Origin: an archaeon
GTDB taxonomy: Archaea > Asgardarchaeota > Thorarchaeia > Thorarchaeales > Thorarchaeaceae
DNA length: 30,717 nt
Direction of reading: 5' to 3'
NCBI GenBank assembly: GCA_024276825.1
Contig: JAJRWI010000028.1
Location: forward strand, 1 to 30,717
The notes under the pieces were generated by a model. That model was not told the origin of the DNA. It ran no database searches and was given only the letters and a program-made list of their open reading frames with translations. This document shows positions 1 through 7,390 of the stretch, piece by piece. The translations under genes were made by a program, and so were the position numbers. The stretch's first letter is position 1. Each line of letters opens with the position of its first letter.

Positions 1-974
1 ATAATGCCGAGAATGATGCCAATTATACACCCTAATAGTCCAATGACGAATACTTCTGAAAGAAACAGTGCAAGAATACTCCTTCTCGATGCTCCAAAGG
101 CAAGGACAACACCGGTTTCATATCTCCGTGTCTGAAAGACGGCCGCAAATGAGGAAAAGACTCTAAATGATGCAATAGAACAGGATACAATCACCAATGA
201 CGAAAGAATGAGTTGTGCTTGATTCAAAAAGATTGTAGCAACTCCCAGAGAGTATGCTTTGATGTTTGTCACTTGAAAATTTTCGCCACATATCTGTTGG
301 ATCTGCTGCATGACAACAGGGATATCAAAGACATCATAGACTTCGATTAGGACCTTGTTGACCGAATGGTCTGGATACTTGATGTGAAATATGTCCCATG
401 CTCGTTCTAGCGATATGAAGATGATTGGTCCGATGAGACCCTTGTCCACTGCAAAGCCAATTCCTGTGATATTAAAAAAGCTCAAGCCGGATGATAGATG
501 AACATCCAGTTGTTCTCCCAACGACACATTAAGGAGGTCTCGAGCCTGCTCTGTTATAAAGCAGCCCTGCCCTGAGAGATCGACAGACCCATTTGATATC
601 AGAATGTTGCCAATATGTGCCTCTCGCTGGAGATCTATTCCAACAATTGCAATGTAGATGTATCCTGAATCATTCACCACATAGCCATGTTCTTCAATTC
701 GTGGAATTGTGTTATTAATGAGTGGAAGCGATTGAATGGTTTCTTGAATATCAGCAGTGATGGGTTCACCCCAAACCTTTGAGTTTACTGTTATGTCGAT
801 AGGTGCTAGGGACTCCTGCATGAATTGATTTGCACTATATCTAAGGGCAGTAGTGGCGGAGAGCGCAGTATAGAGTAGACTTACTGAAACCGCAATGGAG
901 AGGGCTGTAAAGACTGCTATTCGCCGTCTACTAAAGGCATTGCGAACACCAATGAGGGCTAACTCGTGACTCAC
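1..974 (-). CDS. FtsX/MacB-family ABC transporter permease (3' end runs off the window)
   Basis: Not in the ORF track; both ends translated by hand. GTG at 974 gives VSHELALIGVRNAFSRRRIAVFTALSIAVSVSLLY (MacB-type first TM). The window edge reads QTRRYETGVVLAFGASRRSILALFLSEVFVIGLLGCIIGIILG, the FtsX motif. The start codon is uncertain. Confidence 0.88.
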   Translation of the reverse strand, partial: MSHELALIGVRNAFSRRRIAVFTALSIAVSVSLLYTALSATTALRYSANQFMQESLAPIDITVNSKVWGEPITADIQETIQSLPLINNTIPRIEEHGYVVNDSGYIYIAIVGIDLQREAHIGNILISNGSVDLSGQGCFITEQARDLLNVSLGEQLDVHLSSGLSFFNITGIGFAVDKGLIGPIIFISLERAWDIFHIKYPDHSVNKVLIEVYDVFDIPVVMQQIQQICGENFQVTNIKAYSLGVATIFLNQAQLILSSLVIVSCSIASFRVFSSFAAVFQTRRYETGVVLAFGASRRSILALFLSEVFVIGLLGCIIGIILGI

Positions 975-1067
975 CTTGCCATGACTCTCCTGAGAGCATA
1001 GATGGTTTAGTATTTATTTCACTTAAAACTCATTATGGATTCGAATCTTTGTTGGTTGGTGAAATAG

Positions 1068-1613
1068 TTGAAGATGCTTGATGTTCTAGATGAACACTCG
1101 AAGGTTCAGAATCTGATCATTCTGCTAATCGTCACTATTACTATGACTTTAGTAATGGGATACTTCAGTCAACAATTTCTAACATTGTCTGGGGGTCTTC
1201 CAATCCCTGATACAAGACTTGGATATACATTCACCGAGATTCAGGACCTATTCTCCACTGTAGGACAAGAGGGATTATTGGTTTATAGAAATTTACAAAT
1301 ATTGGATATGTTCTATCCACTTGCTTATTCACTCGCGTTTGTCGCAGGAATAATGATAGCCATCAGGAGTTGCCCGGAGAGATTTCAGAAAATACGAATG
1401 GCTGGTCTTGTACCAATAGTAGCAGCTGTATTTGATTACATTGAGAATATCCTCATTGCCACTCAAGCCCAGTCATACCCAATACTTGATGAAACTGTGA
1501 TTTCAATTGCAAGTGCATTTACAATGATGAAATGGTTGACATTGCTGATCTCGCTGATAGTGTTCCTGATTTTTGGATCAATTGCTCTTGCCAGCAGAAT
1601 GAAAGTGGAGTAA
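1068..1613 (+). CDS. Uncharacterised integral membrane protein (about 4 TM helices)
   Basis: Four hydrophobic segments with polar motifs LDMFYPLAY and FDYIEN. GGTGA SD-like site just upstream. The start could be TTG 1068 or ATG 1074. Confidence 0.8.
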   Translation: MKMLDVLDEHSKVQNLIILLIVTITMTLVMGYFSQQFLTLSGGLPIPDTRLGYTFTEIQDLFSTVGQEGLLVYRNLQILDMFYPLAYSLAFVAGIMIAIRSCPERFQKIRMAGLVPIVAAVFDYIENILIATQAQSYPILDETVISIASAFTMMKWLTLLISLIVFLIFGSIALASRMKVE

Positions 1614-1619
1614 GAATGT

Positions 1620-1639
1620 GGAGGCCCTCTCGGGCCTCC
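1620..1639. terminator. GC-rich hairpin between convergent genes
   Basis: GGAGGCCC-TCTC-GGGCCTCC, a perfect 8-bp stem 6 nt after the stop at 1613. No U-tract. Confidence 0.5.
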
Positions 1640-1656
1640 TGTCTGCAGGGGATATC

Positions 1657-1893
1657 TCATAGCCCTAATTTACTGGAAATATCACGTTGCTCAGATTGGA
1701 TTCGTGTGCCCTCAGCAATAAGCTTGACCAATTCTTTCGTGTATTCCTGCTTTGATATAAGACCGGATTGGAGATTCTGTTCCAGATCCATTCGTTTCAT
1801 GCCCACTTCATCAAATGCCTTTTCCAAGGCTGCCAGCCTTATTCTCAGAAAGACTGGACTTTCATGCGATGCCTCCCGGCTGTTTTTCAACAC
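1657..1893 (-). CDS. Small helical/coiled-coil hypothetical protein with SHOCT-like motif
   Basis: 78 aa, charged amphipathic helices, LQSGLISKQEY motif. It fills the gap between genes without overlap. GTG start. Confidence 0.65.
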   Translation of the reverse strand: MLKNSREASHESPVFLRIRLAALEKAFDEVGMKRMDLEQNLQSGLISKQEYTKELVKLIAEGTRIQSEQRDISSKLGL

Positions 1894-2021
1894 ATAAACG
1901 ACCCCTTATAGTTGAAACTGATTAATAATTATGATATATTATAATATAAATTATTCGTTTCATGACAAATAATAATTGTGGGGTCTATCACGCGAACACA
2001 TAAATCAGCCGCAACAATTTC

Positions 2022-3611
2022 ATGCAGGGTGCGACACAAATGAACTCAATTCAGGCCAATATTAGCAAGGTGACTGTATTTCGGAATGGGGCACGCATAA
2101 CTAGGACTGGGGAAATCTCAGCAGATAAGGGACCTGTCAAGGTCATAATTGAAGGCATTACTGAGTATGCTGAGAAGGATAGTGTCAGGGTCACAAGTTC
2201 AGGACCTGTGATGATCACATCATTTGATGTTAGAACACGATCGATCCTAAAGAAACCCAAAGAGGACAGAGAATCACTAGTCAAAGAACTTGACAATCTC
2301 AGACTCAAGGCAAAGGAGATCAAGGGTCAGATAGAGATTGAGCAAGAGCGTCAGTCTAGGATGATTTTTGCAAGTGAGAGTTTTGCAGGCATGTTTGGAG
2401 TTGGGTTCGCTGCTGGAGAGAGTGAAATATCGAGAGTGGACGAGTTAGACTCGACAACTGAAAGGCTGTTGATCGAAACTGCTGATAGGATCATTGCCCT
2501 AAAAAAGGAGCTCAAGGAGATTGAGGACAGGATTAAAATAATCGAAGAGAATGTTCAAGAATTCGAGTCTGAAATCAAGGTCAATGAGGTTCATGATGTA
2601 GAGGTAACTCTTGATGTGAAAGAAGGGGCCAAGATATCTTTAGAGATATCCTATCAGGTTAATGGATGCAGATGGAATCCGAGCTATGATATTGAGGTCT
2701 CGGACAAGGGAACAAAGTTGCGTAGGATTGCAATGATTTTCAATGATACGAGAGAGAGTTGGAATAATGTCAAACTTGTTGTGTCCACATCCTCATCCAA
2801 CACTGTTGAGGCAATTGAACCAACTCCATTCTTTATCAGAGAATATATTCCCAGGCCCCCTCGAAGGATCAAGGCGAAGAGGGCCAAACATGCTGAGGAG
2901 GCACCACCATCACCTGCAATACCAGCTGTGATGACAGAAGTCGAGTATGAACCTGAACCAATGGAGGAATTATTTGCAGATGTCGAAGAATCATTAGGAG
3001 GAATTGCTACATACGAGATTCCAAAGCCAGTGACAATTCCTGATGATGGCGAAGAGCACCCCGTTACACTAATAGAGGAGGAGTTGAATTCCAAAACTCT
3101 CCATTACTGGTACACTGATGAAATGCCTGATGTGGTCGCATATAATCAAATAGAGAATGGATCAGTTGTCATTCTTCCGGGCCCGATGAAGGTGTTTGCA
3201 GGTGAAGAGTTCATTGGCGAAACCCACATTGAGATGGTATCTCCGCGGGAGTCCTTCAAAGCGGGAGTCAGAACAGCTTACGATGTCAAAGCAAAGAAAG
3301 AGCTGATTGAGAAGATTGTTGAGAAGGCAGGTCTCACAAGGGGCAAGATGCGGCGGAAGTACAGGTACAGACTGACAGTAGAAAACTTTGCAAGAGAAGT
3401 GATCTCTATCGAAGTGAATGACAGAATTCCTCATAGTGAGAGTGAAAAAATATCTGTGAAGTTTGACTGGCAGAAACACTTCAAAGAAAAACCTAAACTT
3501 GGAATCCTGAAGTGGCAGCTAGAGATTCAGCCTAGTGAGAAGAAGATAATAGAATATGAGTTTGAAGTTGAGTGGGAGCGCGGAGTTAATTTCACAGTCC
3601 CATTACCATGA
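2022..3611 (+). CDS. DUF4140/DUF4139 (mucoidy inhibitor MuiA-like) protein, paralog 1
   Basis: N-terminal ISKVTVFRNGARITR, long coiled coil, ISYQVNGCRWNPSYDI, NDTRESWNNVKLVVST, VNDRIPHSE, GILKW. Alternative start ATG 2040. No signal peptide. Confidence 0.9.
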   Translation: MQGATQMNSIQANISKVTVFRNGARITRTGEISADKGPVKVIIEGITEYAEKDSVRVTSSGPVMITSFDVRTRSILKKPKEDRESLVKELDNLRLKAKEIKGQIEIEQERQSRMIFASESFAGMFGVGFAAGESEISRVDELDSTTERLLIETADRIIALKKELKEIEDRIKIIEENVQEFESEIKVNEVHDVEVTLDVKEGAKISLEISYQVNGCRWNPSYDIEVSDKGTKLRRIAMIFNDTRESWNNVKLVVSTSSSNTVEAIEPTPFFIREYIPRPPRRIKAKRAKHAEEAPPSPAIPAVMTEVEYEPEPMEELFADVEESLGGIATYEIPKPVTIPDDGEEHPVTLIEEELNSKTLHYWYTDEMPDVVAYNQIENGSVVILPGPMKVFAGEEFIGETHIEMVSPRESFKAGVRTAYDVKAKKELIEKIVEKAGLTRGKMRRKYRYRLTVENFAREVISIEVNDRIPHSESEKISVKFDWQKHFKEKPKLGILKWQLEIQPSEKKIIEYEFEVEWERGVNFTVPLP

Positions 3612-3620
3612 GGTGATAAA

Positions 3621-5165
3621 ATGACAGTAGTGATTGAAGCCAAGATTTCAGAGGTTGTCGTGTTTCGAGATGGTGCTAGGATCACAAGAAGCGGAAAGGT
3701 CGATCTCAAGAAGGGTGAACAGACCGTTATTGTAAAGGGAATCTCGCGCCATGCAGTTCCTGACAGCTTTCGTGTGAGGGGCAAGGGCTCTGCAGTTTTA
3801 AGAACAATTGACATTGAGAAAGAGAGTAAGAAGTTTGAACCCAAGGATGAGCTTAAAGAACTTAGAAGCAGACTAGAGGAATTGCAAGATGAGAGTGAGA
3901 AGCTCAACCATATTATTGAGATTCAAAGGCGAAAGATCAAGCAGCTCAAAGGGATGAGTGAGAAATTTGCTGCAGAGTTCGGCAAATGGTATGCTATTGG
4001 CGAGTCTGAGATTAAGAGATTGATTGAGTTCGATGATGCAATTTCAAGGTTATTGAAGAAGGCCAAAGACACAATCCGTACTACGGAGAAGAGGTTGGAG
4101 GACGTAAGACATGAGATTGAAAATATTACGCGTAACATAACGAGGATTGAGGGCGACATTCGGGTGGTCAGAACCCATTCAGTCAAGATAATGGTGGAAG
4201 TACTTAAGGAGGGCACTGTTCAATTTGACATCACATATCAGGTCAGAAGAGCAAACTGGAAGCCAGTCTATGATATAGACATTGAGCAAGGACATACAAC
4301 ACTAAAGAGGATTGCAATGATAAACAACTCTTCAGCTGAAGACTGGATTGATGTTGCTCTTAAGGTTTCAACTGCAACATCTGTCCCTGTGCAAATAATT
4401 GAGCCAGACCCCATGTATATCTCAATTATTGAAGGCCCAGTGGGATTTGGAGGGGTTTCTGGAGAGCATGTGCCTGTGCGAGGTCTTTATCAGAGTGTTG
4501 ATGATATGGAGATTGACGAGAGTGAAGTGCTTACTTCAAAGGAATTGATTAGTGGTGTGGTAGTCTATGAGATTCCAGGCAGGGTCACCATTCCATTTGA
4601 TGATGAGCCACATCCAATTACTCTGACAAGCGAGGAATTTGAGTCAAAGCCCATCTACTACTGGAATGCTTATACGATGAATGAGGTGGTGCTTCAGAAT
4701 GAGATTACTAATGGGCCATCAGTGCTAATACCCGGAAAGGCCAGAGTCTACGATTCTGGAAGCTTCATGGGTGAGAGCACGATAGGGCTTATTTCACCCA
4801 GAGAAAAGTTCAGGCTTGGAACAAGACTAGCTTATGATGTCAAGGTCAAACGTGAGTTGAACTTGAAGGACACTGACCAATCGGGCATTACTAGGGGCAA
4901 AGTAAAAAGAGAATACGAGTACGCTCTTGAAATCGAGAATTTCGCTCAGGATTCGATTGAAGTCCTTATTGTTGATAGAATTCCATATAGCCAATCTGAG
5001 AAGATTGCTGTTGAATTGAAAGACTCCTCTGTCGAACCTGAAGAGTTTGAGCTTGGAATTCTTAAGTGGCGAGTCGAGATCAATTCGCAAGAAAAGAAGA
5101 TAATCCAATACAAATATTCTGTCGAATGGGAGAAGGAAGTCGAGATAACCCCACCTTTACCATGA
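3621..5165 (+). CDS. DUF4140/DUF4139 (MuiA-like) protein, paralog 2
   Basis: ISEVVVFRDGARITR, coiled coil, ITYQVRRANWKPVYDI, IVDRIPYSQ, GILKW. Starts 9 nt after paralog 1, with a GAGGTGA SD overlapping the upstream stop. Confidence 0.9.
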   Translation: MTVVIEAKISEVVVFRDGARITRSGKVDLKKGEQTVIVKGISRHAVPDSFRVRGKGSAVLRTIDIEKESKKFEPKDELKELRSRLEELQDESEKLNHIIEIQRRKIKQLKGMSEKFAAEFGKWYAIGESEIKRLIEFDDAISRLLKKAKDTIRTTEKRLEDVRHEIENITRNITRIEGDIRVVRTHSVKIMVEVLKEGTVQFDITYQVRRANWKPVYDIDIEQGHTTLKRIAMINNSSAEDWIDVALKVSTATSVPVQIIEPDPMYISIIEGPVGFGGVSGEHVPVRGLYQSVDDMEIDESEVLTSKELISGVVVYEIPGRVTIPFDDEPHPITLTSEEFESKPIYYWNAYTMNEVVLQNEITNGPSVLIPGKARVYDSGSFMGESTIGLISPREKFRLGTRLAYDVKVKRELNLKDTDQSGITRGKVKREYEYALEIENFAQDSIEVLIVDRIPYSQSEKIAVELKDSSVEPEEFELGILKWRVEINSQEKKIIQYKYSVEWEKEVEITPPLP

Positions 5166-5207
5166 GATGTGAGGGGAGAGATGAGGGGATATCTCGAGAT
5201 ACTTGAA

Positions 5208-6551
5208 CTAGTAATTACTCATCTCTTCGATAAGGACTGCAATTCGTTTCATTGACCTATGGAAATTGTCAATCAGGATACTCTCATTGGGAGAGTGAAC
5301 TCTCGAGTAGAAATCGCCGACGCCAATGGAAACCATTGGCACATGTCCTTTGAAAAGATACAGTGGACCTGAACCAGGACTTGTGGGATGAATGACTAGT
5401 GGGTGTCCAAAGACTCGTTGATTGGCCCTATCGACAACTTCAACAAAAGGATGATTTACAGGAGTCTTGGCTGCGGGGTATCCTTCATGCCATGCGATCT
5501 TGACATCACTGAATCCATGCTTGTCAAGATGACCCCTCACCTTTTTCAGAATGTCATCAGGGTTCATGTCTTCTACGAGTCTAAAGTCGAGCTTAGCAAA
5601 GGCCTTGGCAGGAAGAACGGTCTTAGAACCCGCACCAAGGTATCCGCTTCCAATTCCACAGATGTTGCAAGTTGGGCTGTTGTAATAGTGTTCCTTAAGC
5701 TCATCACCGGACAGAGAGTTGAGGAAGGAGTCAATGCCAAAGAACTTACGAACGCGGCCCTCATGAAAGTCAATCTTGTAGATTGCTTCTTTTTCCTCAG
5801 CACTCAGCGGACGAACATCATCATAGAACCCATCGATTAGAATCCTGTCAGTCTTGTCCTTGAATGTACCTAATGCCCAGACCAAGCGGTAAGGAGCTGA
5901 TGGAAGAACACAAGCGTTTGAAGAATGTGAGTCATGCGACAGTAACTCGACCTCAAGTTGAACAAATAGAATGCCTTTAAGCCCAAGCCATGCCTCCTGC
6001 TTGCCATCAATCCCAGAGCCCCCAAATTCCCATATGCCCCCATCAGCTTTGATGAAGTGTTTGTTTGCATTGATGAACTCAGGGAGATGCTCGCTGCCGA
6101 TCTCTTCTTCCCCTTCTATCACGAATTTGATGTTCACAGGCAATTTGGTGTCAGTTTCAATAAAGGCCTTAATCGCCGAGATTCTTGAAACTGTGTCGCC
6201 CTTGTTATCAGCCACACCCCGGGCGTATAACCGTCCGTCACGGATTTCAGGTTCAAATGGGTCAGAGTCCCAGAGTTCGAAGGGTTCTGCAGGTTGAACA
6301 TCATAGTGATCATAAAACATCAGAGTCTTATCAGCACCAACATTAATCTCGCCAGTAATAACAGGTGCGCCTGATGTACGGTGAAGAGAGGCGTCCACGT
6401 CTGCGCTTTCCAAAAGTCGCATGACTAATTGTGCAGCTTCCACCATATGATCGCCTTTTGCAGCCACGGATGGAATCCGACACAATGCTTTCAGATCTTC
6501 TATCGAGTCATCAAGATTTTCATCAATATAATCAAGAACAGGTTCTATCAT
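5208..6551 (-). CDS. M20/M25/M40 metallopeptidase (dipeptidase/ArgE-DapE-like)
   Basis: Metal-binding and catalytic motifs HYDVQPA, GRLYARGVADNKG, EGEEEIGS, HSPNE. AGGTGG SD upstream. Confidence 0.95.
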   Translation of the reverse strand: MIEPVLDYIDENLDDSIEDLKALCRIPSVAAKGDHMVEAAQLVMRLLESADVDASLHRTSGAPVITGEINVGADKTLMFYDHYDVQPAEPFELWDSDPFEPEIRDGRLYARGVADNKGDTVSRISAIKAFIETDTKLPVNIKFVIEGEEEIGSEHLPEFINANKHFIKADGGIWEFGGSGIDGKQEAWLGLKGILFVQLEVELLSHDSHSSNACVLPSAPYRLVWALGTFKDKTDRILIDGFYDDVRPLSAEEKEAIYKIDFHEGRVRKFFGIDSFLNSLSGDELKEHYYNSPTCNICGIGSGYLGAGSKTVLPAKAFAKLDFRLVEDMNPDDILKKVRGHLDKHGFSDVKIAWHEGYPAAKTPVNHPFVEVVDRANQRVFGHPLVIHPTSPGSGPLYLFKGHVPMVSIGVGDFYSRVHSPNESILIDNFHRSMKRIAVLIEEMSNY

Positions 6552-6698
6552 TTTTACCCCACCTTCCGTTGTCGAAGTAGGACAAATAACCTTCTGTCAA
6601 CACAGTTTTTTGACCTTTAATTAAACATGCAAAAAACAATTAGTTTATTCTGCCAGTATTATTGTAAGTGGAAATTCATAGTACAGGAAGCGATTGAA

Positions 6699-7016
6699 AT
6701 GGCAAAAATAAGTCCGTTTGTGAAGTTACTAAGAGGAGAGTATGAACTAACAGTAATCCTCCTCTTGACAAGACTTCGTGGGAGAGCAAGAGCTGATGAG
6801 ATTATCAAGAAGGGAAAGGAAACCAAGACATTGCCAGCCCTAAATGGTGCAAGAGTGGCACAGGCAAGGAAATTCTTGTTGAAGAATGAGTTGATCCACA
6901 TTAGAAAAGAAGGCAAGGAGATAATTCATATTCTGACTAAGAAGGGCCAGAAACTGGGAAAAATGCTCAATGCAATTGCAGACTTCATTGTAAAGGATCT
7001 GAAATGGGAGAGGTAG
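6699..7016 (+). CDS. Winged-helix DNA-binding protein (MarR/HxlR/ArsR-like fold)
   Basis: Basic 105-aa protein ending in a wing plus helix (LLKNELIHIRKEGKEIIHILTKKGQKL). ATG 6699 is preferred over 6627 because the extension looks like promoter sequence. Confidence 0.7.
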   Translation: MAKISPFVKLLRGEYELTVILLLTRLRGRARADEIIKKGKETKTLPALNGARVAQARKFLLKNELIHIRKEGKEIIHILTKKGQKLGKMLNAIADFIVKDLKWER

Positions 7017-7390
7017 AATCTTCAGGTCAACAAGGCTAATAGATGACAAACTTTGCAGCAACAATTCTAGTTGATGGAAAAGGTGCGGGCAAAATCTTTC
7101 ATAAATTCTTCACGACTTGAGCTTGTTCCACTCCATGATAGAACTATCTGCTGTTCTGCCAGTTATTATGAATGAGTAGTGTAATTCTCGATTAAAATCC
7201 AATTGATGTTAGGAATGATCTTCACAAGATTCTTGATTCATTCATGACATTAGTGCAAATTATCAATACAACATGTGGCCATAAGTCCCACACTTATCTT
7301 TATTACATTTTGTAGCTAATCATATTATTTGCAATGACCCACAAACACACAGGTTGCAAGTGCAAGAGGTCATAGCAGGAAGTACTGGAA

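Noticed and set aside
1657-1893. Vps28/ESCRT-I-like protein
   Set aside because: Only a vague LE...I...EY similarity, the protein is too short, and there are no ESCRT or ubiquitin neighbours.
6627-6698. N-terminal CQYYC extension on the wHTH protein as a metal site
   Set aside because: It lies in AT-rich divergent promoter sequence, and the downstream ATG 6699 is the more plausible start.
7017-7390. Cobalamin riboswitch upstream of the corrinoid gene
   Set aside because: No recognisable B12-box or conserved core by eye. A covariance search would be needed to exclude it formally.
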